64,000 bases of DNA from assembly GCA_944391025.1 (NCBI GenBank), contig CALXSC010000110.1, positions 74,627 through 138,626 on the forward strand. Reading direction: 5' to 3'. Position numbers and translations under genes: made by a program. Under the pieces are notes generated by a model. The model was not told where the DNA came from and searched no databases. It worked only from the letters and a program-made list of their open reading frames with translations. Shown one piece after another: positions 25,640 through 40,206 of the stretch; the stretch's first letter is position 1; the number at the start of each line of letters is the position of its first letter. The stretch comes from an uncultured Rickettsiales bacterium. GTDB lineage: Bacteria > Pseudomonadota > Alphaproteobacteria > Rickettsiales > UBA1997.

Positions 25640-28600
25640 AACTCAAAGAAAATAATGTTCTAACAGCAGAGATTATAGCTAATTTATCTCCAGTATATCT
25701 TATTCTAATTTTAATCCATTTATCTTTCACTTTTACTTCTTGATTTTGACTATCATTCCAATCCCAAGCTACTACGGCTCTATGTTTATCTGGTAGATCA
25801 TCTGTTGTAATAGTTTTTTGTTCACCTGTTATTTTATCTTCTGTAATAATATCGTCAGGAATTGGAGACTATCCTATTTCTATAGGAATTTTATTATCTA
25901 GTGTCTCACTTTCTAGTGTATCAGGTTCATTTCTTCCAAACAAATCTACACTATTCCAAGCAGGTTCATTTTTCTATACAACATTAATAGGATCTATCTA
26001 AACAACCCATTTATCTTCATTATACTACATATTACCTCTTAATCTACCTTGTTCTGCCGTCTAAACATTAACACCTTTAGCATGATTCCAGATTCTATAC
26101 TCGTCTAGATTTTTATAATAAACAATCTCTCCGCCTGCTAAAGCAGAATAGTCTTTAGAAGGAGCACTCATATTATGATAATAATCTTCAATTTCATTTA
26201 TAGTATCCTATCTAGAATAATACAAAGGTAATATTGTAGATTTATCAAATACTGTAGTATTATCATCAGGTTCTTTTCCATTAATATCTCTATGGACTTC
26301 AGTTAAATCTGTATAATCATGATCATATGTTATATCTGATCCATTATATTGATAGAACTCTTTAGTAGCTTCCTATCTAATATACATATTCTTTTTATCT
26401 TTTGCAAAATCATAACAATCACCTACTATTTCATAATGAAATGATTCTGGTTCTGCATTATTACTTATAATTTCCAGATTATCAAATATTTTATGGAAAG
26501 TCTATTGAGTGTTCACTACAAACTCAAATTCAAATGGATGCTATTTACCGTACCAATAAGTTGGATATACTTTATCAGCAATATCTATAATTCCTGCCTA
26601 TCCATGTTTCCAGAAATCAGTTGTTAAGAATTGCATATTATATTGAGGCATTACAGCTACAACCGATTCATAATAACCTGCATCAACTATAGTACCATTA
26701 GTAAATCCAGTTGTTAAAGCTTCACTTAAACTAGGCGTATTACTATTATCAATAGTTTTAAGATTAGCTTTAATATTAAGCAAAGTTACTAATTTATCTG
26801 GATTTATTTTCTTATCCTAATCAAGATTTCTTCTTCTACCTCTGTCATCTTTTAAAATAGAATACTTAGCACTCAATACACAATTGTTAATCCAATCCTT
26901 TTTAGATTCGGCACTGCCTGGATCAGTTAATTCTTCACCGTCTATTAAACCTCTAATAAACAATTCAGAACATAAATTAACTGCATCTGTTTTTAATTTT
27001 AACTAAGATTTAGTAGGAGGAAATTCTCCAATTACATTACTAATCTATTCTACATCGTAATTAGGAACATTATTTAGATCAACTGTTTCCTTAAATTTAT
27101 ATACATTCTTACCTTTATCATTAACTTCGTCAAAGTATATATCCCAATTTGGAAAAGCTTCTTTATTAATAGTAGTATATGTATTATTTTTCTAATTATC
27201 AGTTAACTCTACAATATTTACAATTTCAAAATTCTTATAATTCTAATAATTGTCTCGTTCTAATTCATAAGTAACTACAACATCAATACCATCTCCAGTA
27301 GGTAAATCTCTACTAACTAAATTTAAAGTCCCAACAATAGAATCTTTTTTCGCATCATTAGGAATTATATTTTCATTTAATACAACTCCATCAGCAAAAT
27401 CATTACCATCATGACTAGTTCCTAATTTAGCTATCCATTTAGAAGTATTTCTATCAAAACTAAAATAAGAATTGTAAATATTCTCAGAATAACTAGGAAC
27501 CCAACTATAAAATGTAACCCATCTGTCTGTTAATTCATTCCAACATATATTCCATACTTTCTCTTCAAATCCATATAAATTATCATAGAAAGTAAACATT
27601 AAGTCCTGTTTATATTCATTAAAATGAGATTTAACATTTCTAATACCTATAATTGGATCTAATTCTCTTTCCGTTAAAGATATATTATTATTTAAAAACT
27701 CCCCAATTTTAAAATCAGAGATACACATGAAATCTTGACCATTAGTTCTCCATATCTTTTTCGCAACAGTATCTACTCCGTATATTGCTTTTTTAGTCTT
27801 TATAATAGATTCTTTCCATTGACTACCATAAAGTGTACTAAGCATTAAAGGATTCTAAGGAAGTACATTAGAAGTATTGATAAATACATTACCTCCTGCA
27901 CCTTCCCCAGCTACAGCTCTTTCATTGACTGGAATTAAGGCAACTCCATGTTCGAATACACAAAGTAAACTACCATTCCATTCAATTAGTTTAGTAATCT
28001 ATCCATATGCTTTAGGATAATCTCTATAATGATTACTCTAGAATGTTCTAAATCCATTTTTAAAAGCATCGTTAACATGAATATCAGAATATGCTATTCT
28101 AGTATTAAAATTACTTTTAAAAGCAGGAACATTAGGTAATTCAAAATTATATCTTTCAGAAAGTGATTTATCAAATCCTGAATTATAACATAATGCTTCT
28201 GGAGTTTTATGAGTTCCGTCAGCTGTTAGTCCATAATAAGGATAGAATCCTCTAGGATGTCCATTAGAAGCTATTTCATCAGGTATAGAATCATCTAATG
28301 AACGGATATTTAAATTAGTAGAAGATACTAAAGTAAATGTTATCCATGTACCTATTTTAACTGCATTTAAGTCTCCTAGATTAACGTTAGCAAAATCTTC
28401 CATATTTACTACTTCATCTTCTACATTATAATTGTCTTTCCAGCAATTTGGATCAACAATTTTATCATTTGTTGGAGCTGAAGGATCTTGGAAGTTTCTA
28501 TTTAATCTATGAGTAAAAGTACATATATAAGTATCTCCTCTATATAATACTGGATTATTAAAGGATGCTTGAATATCAAATCTATCTGATATAGCATAAT

Positions 28601-30878
28601 AAGCAGATTTATCATTTATTCTAAGCTAGAATAATTCATCTGAAGACATAGACTAATAATCCTATAAATATATATTTATTAAAGTTCCTGCTTGTGTATA
28701 GCTAGATAAACCTATATAAGGACCAAAAGATTCTCTAATTATGTTAGTGGCTTCAGAAACTTTATTTTCAAACTATATATATTCGTACCTATGTCCTTCT
28801 TCTGCTTCCCCAGCTCTAGCTGAAAACAATTTTCCACCAGTTTCAACTAATTTTACATTATCTTCAATTCCAATAACATTAGATAAATTAATATTAGTCT
28901 ATGGAGGGCGTGTGTATTCATTAGGATCAGCATACCAATTTCTTTCGGTAAACGTATCCTATTTTAATTTTATCTATGGGGAAGCTTGTTCTATAACATA
29001 CTATTCTCCACAGAATAAAGAATTATAATAAGGATAATTTACATCATATTCAGGGCAAATCGCTCCGTAATTGGAAACTGAATTTATTAATTGTATTCTA
29101 GAATCATACTAATGAGTAATAACTCTATCATTATTAAAAAATCTTTCATATAAAAATCCAGAATCTTCTTTATCAACATAAGGCATAGGAATGTGAGATA
29201 ACTAATCAATCCCTACAGTAAAAGCCTAGCATAATCTTAAAGGCATTCTTTTCTATCTTACAAAGAAGTATCCTTTAATATCATATTTCTGTAATTCTTC
29301 AAATAATTTACTATCCTAATAATCTAATTCAATTCTTATTCCTATAACTTGATTAATTTCCTAATCTTCTCCTGATTCAATTCTAACTACTCCAAATACA
29401 TTTTCTAAACTTATAGTAGAATTTATTTTTGAAGTATCAGACTCTTCCTAAGACTAGTCTTGATATATTATACCAGTATTTTCATTATATGTAATATAAT
29501 TTCTATCATTATCTTTATAAATTTCAAACTTACTATAATTATCATTAATAGAATTAAAATATCCCCCACGAATATTAAATACTGGAGATAACTATCCATT
29601 AGACATTAAATACACAACTCCAAATCTATAAATTTCATGGTTCTAATATCCTGTATAATTATAAATAAATCTAGGATCTGCATATGTATTGGAAACAGAT
29701 GTAGAATAATTATAATTAGTAGGACTATACCCTTTAGATACATCAGGTTTAGCTACAAATCTTAGTGATAAATCGGCTAACTCTTCATAATCTAAATTAT
29801 AATCAGTAATGTTGCCAAAAAACAACATATTCTAAACCTATTCCTGTGTTTTAACATTTTTAGCAATATAATAAGATAAATTTAAGAAATCTAAGGAATA
29901 AGAAATAGTAGGTTCATTACCTGTAATTTGTATAGAACATACTAAAGAATTATTTACAAGAAATTTCTAATCAATTTTATATGCTGTTGTTACTGGATTT
30001 TGATTTATATCTGAAGAACTTTTTGTATAATAAACTACTATATACTAATATGCAGGGTCTACATTTTCAATTATAAACTTTACTTGTTTCTAAGAATTTT
30101 CTTCTCTAAAGCCTGAAGATATATTACCAAATGTAGAACCTTTAAATACAGAAACTAATCCAGATTCTCCAACGAAATCAGTCTCATTCCCATCAGCATC
30201 CATATATTTAAAGTAGAAATGATAATTTCCTACTGGTAAACTTCCTCCATAATAAGTATTAATAAAACTTATTCTAGGAATTCCACTATATGATTTATAT
30301 AATGACGTATCTGTCTAAAATTGATTTCCTGCATCGTATATATTTGTATCATTATCTCCACGTCTATCTACTATCTCATATTTCTATTTTCCGAGAGCAC
30401 TAAATCTCGAATTTATTAATTTTGGTGGATTTAATCCATCATTTAAAATTAAGTTTACTGAACCATCATAAGAGTATTGGGGAAGAACATCTACAGGATG
30501 ATTTAAACTAAAGGATAATTCATCAGTATCAAAATCAACTAGCTATCCAGCATCATAAAATACGGGATCATCTTCATATGATTGAATACCGTTTTTAGGA
30601 GCTATTTTATTCTCATCTTCTTTTGGAACTCTAGCCCAATCCCAATTTTTCTAAGTCTCTAACACATCCATCCAGTGTTCTTCATTTTCTTCATTAGTTA
30701 ATTCGGCTATTAATTCACTTTTACTAAAGAATTTATTCCTAAAATAATATTTTGATTCAGTTAACCTATAATTTCTAAATGGATTATATTCCCATGCCAT
30801 GTTTCCTTTGGTCTAATATACTTCTGACATGAGACCTAATTGCATATCTGTATTTAATGGATAATCAAAAATTATCAT
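25632..30878 (-). CDS. large tail/baseplate-type structural protein (~1,748 aa)
   Basis: ATG 30876-30878, TGA 25632-25634. Track ORFs 26598, 27243, 28038 and 29643 share the frame and end in TAG. A line-by-line check of 30878-29821 found no TAA/TGA. The tail assignment is by size and position only. Confidence 0.55.
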
Positions 30879-30898
30879 AAAATTAGGAAATATTAAGT

Positions 30899-33800
30899 TT
30901 ATAAAACTCTAGCATCATGACCAGAAGGCTCTGTATCTGATGTAGCATACGGAATATTAATAACACTTTTTCCATCTCTCATTAAGTAATTTGAACTAAA
31001 GCCCATTAAATAAGCTCTTTTCTTTTCATTACATTCACTATTTACAGGCTGTGCATTAATAAAATTCTAAGTTCTTTCAAACCCTGTATTATCCTTTAGA
31101 TAAATTTTATCCCCATTATATCCAAATTTAGATAAGTTAGAATTAAAATTTAATATTCCTGTATTAGAACTACTTCTATTTAAGTTTTCATCAAAAGTAA
31201 ATCTATTATAAGATATATTACCGATTGATTCGTTATATATAATAGCATTATTAGTATTCCTTAAATATACTTGATTTGTATCTGGTTCTGGATGTTCTAA
31301 ATTCACTAAAGTACTTCCATCATAATCATATGTAAAATAAGAATCCTAAAAAATTAAGTAATTAAGATCATTTGATGAAACAGTAAAGTTTTCGGTAATA
31401 ATATATTCATTAGTACTATTCTGAGAAATCGTAGATGTTACCCTAATATTATTAGTACTAATTATATGATTTTTAAATATATAGTTACTGTTTATTTTCT
31501 AAACTGTCTCTTCTATATAATTTGTAAGAGATTTTCCGCAAAAACAAATATAATTTCCATTAATTTCATTAGTATAATATGTTACTGTATAAGGTATTGT
31601 AAGTTTAGTACTAGCACTAGTAGTATATATAAAATCATAGTATTCATAATAGTCAGATCTATTTTCTGTTGAATATATATAGAAACTATTACATAAAGAA
31701 AGATACGAATTTATAAATTCTTTAATAGCATCATTATCCCAAGAATCAGTATTATAATAAATCTAGCTATTATTCTAGTCTGGCCAAACACACACACAAT
31801 CATCAAGTATCACAGTCTAGTTTCCATAATTTATAGCTAACATAATAAGTATTCCGTGATACACTTTATGTAATTTTGCTCCTATAAGTACTTGCATACC
31901 AGTACTACAATCTTTTTGAATAAGAGTAGTACACTCTTTACTTGAAGTTACTGGAGCGAAAGATAAAAAGAAAAAACCATCTATAGGAGCATTACCCCCA
32001 TAATAAGTAATTGGCAACGAATCCATTTTAAATCGAATACTATCTGAATAAGTACAATCATATTTTTCTCCATCTATATTTCCTGTAGCTGTTTTTATAT
32101 TAACATAGGAGAACTTACCACCTATCCAATTTATCTATTCATCTCCAGTCGTATACCTAATAGATGAATTTTTAACTCCTCCGTCTGCTAGAGAATGATG
32201 TACATTAAATCCCTTTACTCTTTTAGGATATATTACCTTAGGAGAAGATGAAGTTAGTTGCACTATATCTACTTCCTTCAAACGAGTATCTTTATCATAG
32301 GCATATGGTCTAAAATATTTAAATGTTCCTCCAGCGGTTCCAATTGGAATAGCCTACATATTTACATATTCGTTAACTTGATACTTTTTATATAAGCTAT
32401 TATTAATATTATCCTGATCTGAACCTACAGCAATAAAATATCCATAATTTTCTTTATAAGTAACAAAGTCATACCCTAAAGTAGAATTTGTTTTAAATTT
32501 ATCTACATAGTCATTAACGTCTGTACCATTTAAAGCGACATAACTAAATGTAATATTACCTCTCCAAGGATTATCTAGTACTTCTCCTGAACTTGGAGTA
32601 AAAGTCCCTACCTCTAAATTAGTTCCTAAACTATCTAAATCAAATTCTAACTTTTCGGAAAGTCTTTTATTATTATTTATAAGTTTAGGATATACGTCTA
32701 AATCTAGTTCTAAATCTCTACATTTGTGTATTTGGTAAATCTATTTATTATTATCAATATATTCATCAAGACTGTTAGCTAAAGGATTAACTACATTAGA
32801 TATAAGCTTTGAATTCTCAGTGCTATTTTCTTTAAGCCAATTTGCCTTTAATGTATGTCCAAAGTCTATAGGCAATTCTTCATTATTAAAATCTAATACA
32901 TCCGTTTTAACATAAATATCATTAAATACAGGAATAGTAAACAACATTTTACCTATTATTATCTACTCTCCATCAGAGATATTAATTACTATATGAACAC
33001 AATAGATATTATCATAAGATAACTATCCATCTTTATCATCAAGACTTATTACTTCTGTATAACTTCCAAAATAATTATCTTTATACTCTATATTATAAAC
33101 ATAAGTACTTACTTCATATTTATCTTCATTAGTACTTTCCTAATTTTCAGCTAAGCAACTAAAATTAAAAGATATATCATTAATTTTTTGATTATTCTTT
33201 AAATAGCTTTCAATAGCCCAGTCTAATGTTAATTGCTTGCTAGATTCACTTACATAATATTTCCACGTAGTTATAGTAACCTCTCCAGTTCCTAATTTAT
33301 CAAGTTCAACTGAAATATATTTAGTCATACTGTCTAAATAACCCCAATTCATATAAGGAGTTATTGTAACGTTAAATATATAATTCTTATTTCGAGTTTG
33401 GGTAAAATAAGTATCTATTTTATTAAATATTGCCTATAATCCTTGATTAACAAGAGAATTAGTATCAACATTAATAGAATATGTTTTGAAGTCCCCAGTT
33501 GTTTCATGTATTTCATTATCTAAATTTATCTAAATATCATCAGAATCTAGAGTATCAGTAGTATTTTTAAAGAAATTAACATAAAATGTTACTGATTCAA
33601 GTTCTTCTGAATTAGAATCTAAACTGATAGTAAATTTAACGCCTTTTGGAATAAAATAAGAATCTCCAGTTAGACCAAGTTGAAATTTAGGTCTATATAA
33701 ATTAGATCCATTAGAGTCTATAATATCGTTACTAATTGAAACATCAAAATCATTAAACTGTACAAGTTCAGCTATTAATACTATATTACCTGAAATTTTA

Positions 33801-36568
33801 GAATCAAATATATTATAAGGAGAAGATGTTAACGTTCTAAGTTGATCAACACTATCTAAAATACCCTATTCTTCACCAGAATACTAAAATATCTAAAATT
33901 TATCTCCAGATGATGTAACTTTATAAGAATTTAACTTATCTAATATAGTAATTTTTCCATCTTTAGTTAGACATCCTATGTTTAATTTTATTGTATGATC
34001 TTTTACTTTAGATATATCTAAAGTTTCCGCTTTTTGAATGCTGTCAATACTATCTTTAAAATCAAGTAATAGTTTATCTTCTGGTTGTATAGAAGTACTT
34101 GCTTCAGCAATTTGTGCTTCAAGAGTTGTATTACTCTATAATAAATACTATTTTCTATTTTCGTTACTATCCTTAATTGTAGTTAAACTATCATTAGATA
34201 AAACTGTCTCATTTATTAAATTCTGATATTGAGTTTTTAAATTTTCAGGTTCTTCTAATTTAGCATATTCTAAATCATAATTATGCTATGCCTGAGAAAC
34301 TAGATTCTATTTAGAAGTTAATTCATTTTGAAACTCATATAATTTTCCATATTCAATAGATATTTTATCTTCTTGATTAGAAAGATTTTCTCTAATGGTT
34401 TGTAATTCCTAGGTATATTGAGTAGATAAATTTAAATATTGTAGCTATTCTTCGTTTTTAGTTTGAAAAGACTATTGTATAGTTTCTAATTTTTTCTAAG
34501 ACATTTCTAACTCATCTGAAATAATAACCTATTCACTAAGACTATCCTTATATTCATTCTATAAATTAAGTTTATTTGTCTCTTGAATTAATATATTATT
34601 TTGTATTTCATTTCGTCCATTATTTGTAGAAGATAATTCATTCTAATAAGAAGCTGAAGTAACTTGATTAGAATCTAAATAACTTTTAGCTTCCTCTAGA
34701 TCAGAAGTTAAATCAGAAAGAGTACTTTCTATAGAACTTATCTATTCCTTATATGCAGTTAACTAATTTTCAAGTGTACTTACTTCTGCTTTAGTATCTT
34801 CGACTTCCTATTTAATCTATTCAAACTAAACAGCATCAAAACCTTCTGGTAACTTCTATAATAAATTAGATATTGCAATTGAATTTTCTTGAAATTCGGT
34901 ATTATATTTATTAAACTATTCTTGGTCTACTATTTCTACAATATCATAATCTAGTCCAGGTCTTATCTCTTCTACAATACCTGGAGCCATAGTTACTCCT
35001 GGAGTACTTAGTAAAGAGATACTATTAGTTTGAGGATTCTAATAGGCATTTATTACTTCGCTTATTGATTCATTTCTGTTAACTAGCCATGTATATGCTT
35101 CATAATTGTCTATAGTGTTCTAAGAAGACTCTATCTAATTATTAAGATTAGTAATGTTAGAACTAACCTACTAAATAGAAGTATTTATATTTTCTTTATT
35201 AAGAGTTGCGTCTTCAATTTTTTTATTTAAATCCTCAATCTATACTTTATAGTCTGATATAGTGGTGTTAGTACTATTAATAAGCTCATTTAATTCAGAA
35301 ACCCTAGTACTATTATCATTATTATAATTAGTTAGATCAGTCTCTAATTTAGCAATTTCATCATCTATTGCCTTTAAATTAGAATCATAATTATTAATTA
35401 TTTCTGTTACCTAAGTAAGTCTATCCTATTTGCTTTTTACTAATTCTTCCTAAGCAGTCTACTATAATTGTATATTATCTAATTCAGCTTGTAATGAAGC
35501 TATTAATTCTTCATTATCTGCTTTTTCCTAAGTTTTGCTTAATAAATCAATTTCTATACCATTTTTCTGCGCAGTTAATTCAGATATTATACTATTCTAA
35601 TCATTTACTTGTTTTTCAGCTTCAATCTATTTATTTTTTGCTTCTTCAATTGCTGTAAGTAAAGTAGGAAAATTACTTTTAATACTAGTTATTTGCGCAT
35701 CTAATTTATCGATTTCAGGCTGATAAATAGTGTCAATATAATTCTAATTAATTTGTATCTAATTACTTGCTTGAACATTTTTACTTTCTAGTACAGCTAT
35801 TTCATTATTATTTAGTAATAACTAGTTATTATAAGATCTTATATTCTACTAAGCTATTGTACTAAGTTCTTTATTATTAAAATAATCAGATATAGATGTC
35901 TAAATTTGATTAGTTATATTATTAGAAATAGAAAAATTTGGAAATTTTTTTAATAATTCATATAATTCTACTTTAGTCGCATCTATATTGACCTAATACA
36001 GATTATTAAACTCTTTAGAAGGCATCTATTCCTAAATTATCTAAATATTTGATAAATATTGTGCTCTCTAAGTTCCTAAAGTATTTAATAATTCATCATA
36101 CTACGATTCCTAATAAAACTTTGGATAATTATCAGTAACATTAGGACTGTATACAATAAATTTATCTCCAGGATAAAATATAAGATCAGAGTTTATTATT
36201 TTTTTAATATAATATTTTGTAGCCCCCTAAGTATTAGGATTGTCATTACTTACTGTTACACCAAAATCATTATTAGTCAATATTGTATTTAAATCACTAA
36301 CTTCACTTGAAGATATATTTCTTTCAGGAGATGGAAAAGATCCTATCTAACTTTTATTAGTTAATGGATTATATGAAACTACATAGATAATACCACCAAA
36401 TGAAGTTGAGCCTAAAGGAATGTATCCTTCAGGCAAATACGCAGTCTCAACTCTACCATTTCCCATATCATTCTAAAGTACATTTTCATTACCATTCATT
36501 GTCATTAATGTAGCATTTAACGCCGTTGTCATGGTATTATCAGGCATGATTAAAGGATTCAGGTCCAT
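30899..36568 (-). CDS. large tail protein (~1,889 aa) with ~2-kb Q-rich coiled-coil stalk
   Basis: ATG 36566-36568 is preceded by AGGAGGGG. TAA is at 30899-30901. Track ORFs 31067, 31817, 32741 and 33140 share the frame. The frame is free of TAA/TGA over 36.5-33.3 kb. The N-terminus reads ...GNGRVETAYLPEGYIPLGSTSFGGIIYVVSYNP. Confidence 0.6.
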
Positions 36569-36609
36569 TAAAATCCCCTCCTAAAATGTATTTGTCTAAT
36601 CAGCTTTTC

Positions 36610-37707
36610 TCATAAAAATTCATATTCATTATTCCAAACTAATATATCTTTAAATTTTAAAGGATCTCTTATATCTACAAGCTCTATATTGTATGCATCA
36701 AAATCAGGCATAAATATTTTTAATTTTTTATTCCGCTTAAAAGGCATTTTAAATATATACCTTTTTCCACATTCTTTTATTCTACATTCATCCTAAATTT
36801 GATACAATATTATATTCTTAAATTTAAAATGAGTTCTAGGTCTTCCCATTTTATTTTTCTAACTTAGATATTCTTGATACTGCTATTCAGTTAAAGCAAA
36901 ATAATAATATCCATCCCAAGGAATTTTTCTCTTTCTGTATAATACTCTTAATCTTATACATAGTTTTCTTATATAATAAAAGAAATGATCCAAGGGATGT
37001 ATTCTAAGATTACCAATATAAAGCCATAATTCTTTATCGGAGATTAAAGTATCACCTCCATAGCTATTATGTAAATATAAAGATTTCCAAGAAAAATTCA
37101 AAATCTTATTTATATCCTGTTTTGATATACTAGGAAACATTTTATATATCTGTTGATAATAATCTTTTATGTACTTATCATTTTTTCCATCTCCATAAGA
37201 CATTCCATTATTTGTATTATTAGTAATTAAATCTCTATAGTATTTATTTAAGTATACAGATTTCATTCTAGGAGTTCTGTTTCCTAACATATAAAGAGTT
37301 AATTGATAACCAGTAAAATTTGATTTTAAAATATCAATATCTAACATTTTTCCAGCTCTTCTCTTTCTTTTAAAATTCTCTCCATCAATTCTCCTCATAT
37401 GTAAATTACATTTTTTTCCTCCAGTTAAAGGAAGCCAAAAAGTTATATTATTGTTTACTATATCGGATATTACTAATTTTACACTTTCCTTAAAAATTTT
37501 ATAAACTAATAAATTCCTATGTCTGTCACCAATTAATTCTTCCGCATCTTTACAAGTAAAATGTAACTTTTTATAAGGAAAGTTTTCTAATACTTCATCT
37601 AAAGTAAAAGCACACCCAAGTGCGTAATTATTCATACATTTTAAAGGATTTACTATGTTGCTTTCTATTCCAGCTACTCTTTGCTTCAAGTACCTGATTC
37701 CATTCAT
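36610..37707 (-). CDS. hypothetical basic protein: 274 TAG-free codons, then TAG (36883-36885), then a 91-codon in-frame extension to TGA
   Basis: This is track ORF 36883..37707, whose stop is TAG. The frame continues ...ALTE-Q-QYQEYLSQKNKMGRPRTHFKF...NEYEFL to TGA at 36610-36612. Two products are possible: 274 aa in the standard code, 365 aa with read-through. Confidence 0.5.
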
Positions 37708-38311
37708 TCTAAGACATGTAATGGTCAGTTCTAGCCTAGTCTGCTCTAATTAACCACTACTATCTAAGTACTTCAGCCATCTATATTAGACCTCCATTAT
37801 TAGTCATCATTCCTTCTCTAAACTTAATAACGTATGCACAATAAGTAGCTATTGCTAAAGCTTCTTTTTCAGTAATTTCTGGAAGTCCGTCATCATCTAA
37901 TACTAATCCTCTGTATAGAATATTTACTGTACCGTAAGGTCTATCAAAATATAACATATTTCCTACTCTTTCGTAGTTAATGAACTTTCCTCTGGCGTAT
38001 AAAGGATCTCTAAAAGCTTTTCGGTGTTCTATATATGATTCAACAAACGCTGAATATAAATTACCATTAGGTGTATCATTAGTAGAAAAATCCCAATCTT
38101 CCCAATCTGTAGTAACCGCTTCTATAGTATGTACATTACAGGGCAATTCAACTCCCTCTTTTGTAGCTTCAGTTTGGTATCTATATATCTTAGTACGTTT
38201 ATTTCCTATTAAATTCCAACCAACAGATGCGATTTCTTCAAACTAATCTTCCTAAATAGATAATCCAAAAAGAGTTTCTAACAAACTCATTGCGTAATGA
38301 AAGTTTTCCAT
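37628..38311 (-). CDS. hypothetical head/tail-completion protein (176 aa to the TAG at 37781; 227 aa if read through)
   Basis: ATG at 38311 lies 55 codons upstream of track ORF 37781..38146. That ORF ends in TAG. The first TAA in frame is at 37628-37630, which overlaps the next ORF by 80 nt. Confidence 0.5.
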
Positions 38312-38313
38312 AA

Positions 38314-38994
38314 TTAACCAGCAGTATAGGATTGATCATTTGACATAATTGGAGCAGCTAATTGACGATAATATTGTAATTTCTTTTGAGTAAGTCTTTT
38401 TATAACTTCATTATCAATGAATGATAAATTATCGTCATCAGTACAACATCCATAATTATCTAACTATCTCGGATCTTTAAATATAGCAGTTATAGAAAGA
38501 GTATCTAATAAAGGAGCTTTAAATATAAATCCATCATACATATTATTAGCATTAGGAGTAGTATCTATCCAAACATACGGTCTATTCTTACCTCTCTTTC
38601 TATATTTATGGTATCTAAATCCAGTTGATGATGTATAAAATATAAAAGGAAGCTATCTATCAGTAGATCCTATATAATCAATAGCTAAATTTCCATAATC
38701 ATTAACGATCTAAGGAACTTCAAAGTGAGCAATAGGTGGTTCTAGACAATCTATCTATTCATTACATCTACATCTATCAATACTCTAGCAATCTACAGGA
38801 ATACAATTGATAGATAAATATAAATCCTTTGTAGGAAGAATTCCTTTAAGAGAATATTCTTTCATTACCTATAATCTTTCAAGAACAATTTCATCTTCTA
38901 ATTGTTCCATAGACATACTAGGATTTGAATGATAACCTCTTAATCCAGATACAACATCATTCCGTACAGCCGATGCAAGTTTATTTATTTTCAT
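38314..38994 (-). CDS. Cys-rich structural protein (226 aa)
   Basis: ATG 38992-38994 follows a terminator. TAA is at 38314-38316. Product is MKINKLASAVRNDVVSGLRGYHSNP...CIPVDCQSIDRCRCNEQIDCLEPP..., with four in-frame TAG. Confidence 0.55.
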
Positions 38995-39004
38995 ACATTA
39001 AAAT

Positions 39005-39039
39005 AAAAAAGGCGAAGGCGAAATAAACGCCTCCGCCTA
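39005..39039 (-). terminator. strong rho-independent terminator
   Basis: Minus strand reads AGGCGGAGGCG-tttattt-CGCCTTCGCCT (11 bp, one G.U) followed by TTTTTTATTTT, 20 nt after the TAA at 39059. Confidence 0.75.
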
Positions 39040-39058
39040 ATATTAAACTTCAGTAAAT

Positions 39059-40171
39059 TTACTCAGTTACTTTAAGACCAGCAGCACTCTTTGTAAGACT
39101 ATCTCCATCAAGTTTTACTGTTACTGAATTACCACTAATTTCAATACCATCACCCTAAGTTAAAGTGTCTTGCTTAGAAGAACTTAATTGAGTAATCTGC
39201 TATTGCAGCGATTCAAGATCAGCAGCTTCTACACCAAGACCAGGTGTATTAGGACCAGTTACTTCAATAACTTCCTTACCTACTTTCTGCAAAGTTTCTG
39301 TTATTGCCGATTCAAACTGAGCAGAAATGTCAGTCTTTACATAGAATACATGAGTAGTCATCGACTTAACTACATCACCAACAGCATTATCACCAAGAAT
39401 ACCTCTATTCTTGCAGTAATACAAAGTATATTGATCATACTTAGCACCTACAACAGGAGTTTCATCTTGATTAAGAGCTTCCCAGCGATTTCTAGCATAA
39501 GTCGGGAGTCTCAGGTTATGCATCAAGTACGGATAAGTACCGAAGCCTTCTTTACCAGGGAAGAATCCTTCAGCTGTAGCAGTAACTTCAGCATTAGTGC
39601 TTTTTTCTGAAAGATCCTTAAAGGTTCTAACAGGTTTATATTCACCCATACCATGATAAGCAGCACTATCAAATTCTTCAATACTGAATTTCACAAATCT
39701 TTGATATTCATCAGTACCTTCAACAGTGAGATAATTACCACTATGTGAAACATTCAGAAGTCTCTTATTGTATACCATAGTTTCGTACTTCTTAATTACT
39801 TTACATAACTGTTCAACAGTAGCAGAAGCACTATCACCCCATACAAAATCTATACTAAGAGGTTTACCCTTATATTGAAGATCGTTAGCATACAACGAGC
39901 TTTGAGACGAAGGAGTCAAACCTAAATAAATAAACAATCTATATACCTTACCAGCAGAAGCACTAGTAATCTAAGAAAAGTCAACAGTAGCTTTTACAAA
40001 TTCAGGATCTTGTGCAGGGGCTTTATAAACTGCAAGTATATTTGCAGGTAAGAACTTATTAACTCTCTTTACAAAGAAACTTTTATCAGTTGTCCCTACT
40101 GACCACAATGCTTTACCAGTGGTATAATCAACGTTTGAATTAATTACGTTAGTTGTTGTAAATTGAAACAT
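39059..40171 (-). CDS. abundant virion protein (370 aa), possibly a capsid decoration or head-fibre protein
   Basis: Joins track ORFs 39971 and 39200 across TAG, then continues 46 codons to TAA at 39059-39061. It has few TAG, relatively GC-rich codons and its own strong terminator. The C-terminus LESLQQQITQLSSSKQDTLTQGDGIEISGNSVTVKLDG is fibre-like. Confidence 0.55.
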
Positions 40172-40206
40172 AATTTAAATAAATTTTAATACTCTAATGA
40201 GTTAAA

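Noticed and set aside
34440-34520. Apparent in-frame TAA and compensating frameshifts in the coiled-coil tail protein
   Set aside because: This was an artefact of my own mis-registration of two sequence lines. On re-reading, the frame is continuous (…DELEMSQKKLETIQQSFQTKNEEQLQYLNLS…).
36466-36568. Alternative later start (ATG at 36466, MGNGRVE...) for the 1,889-aa tail protein
   Set aside because: The upstream ATG at 36568 is in the same open frame and is preceded by AGGAGGGG. It lies 41 nt after the previous TGA. The later start remains possible but is less parsimonious.
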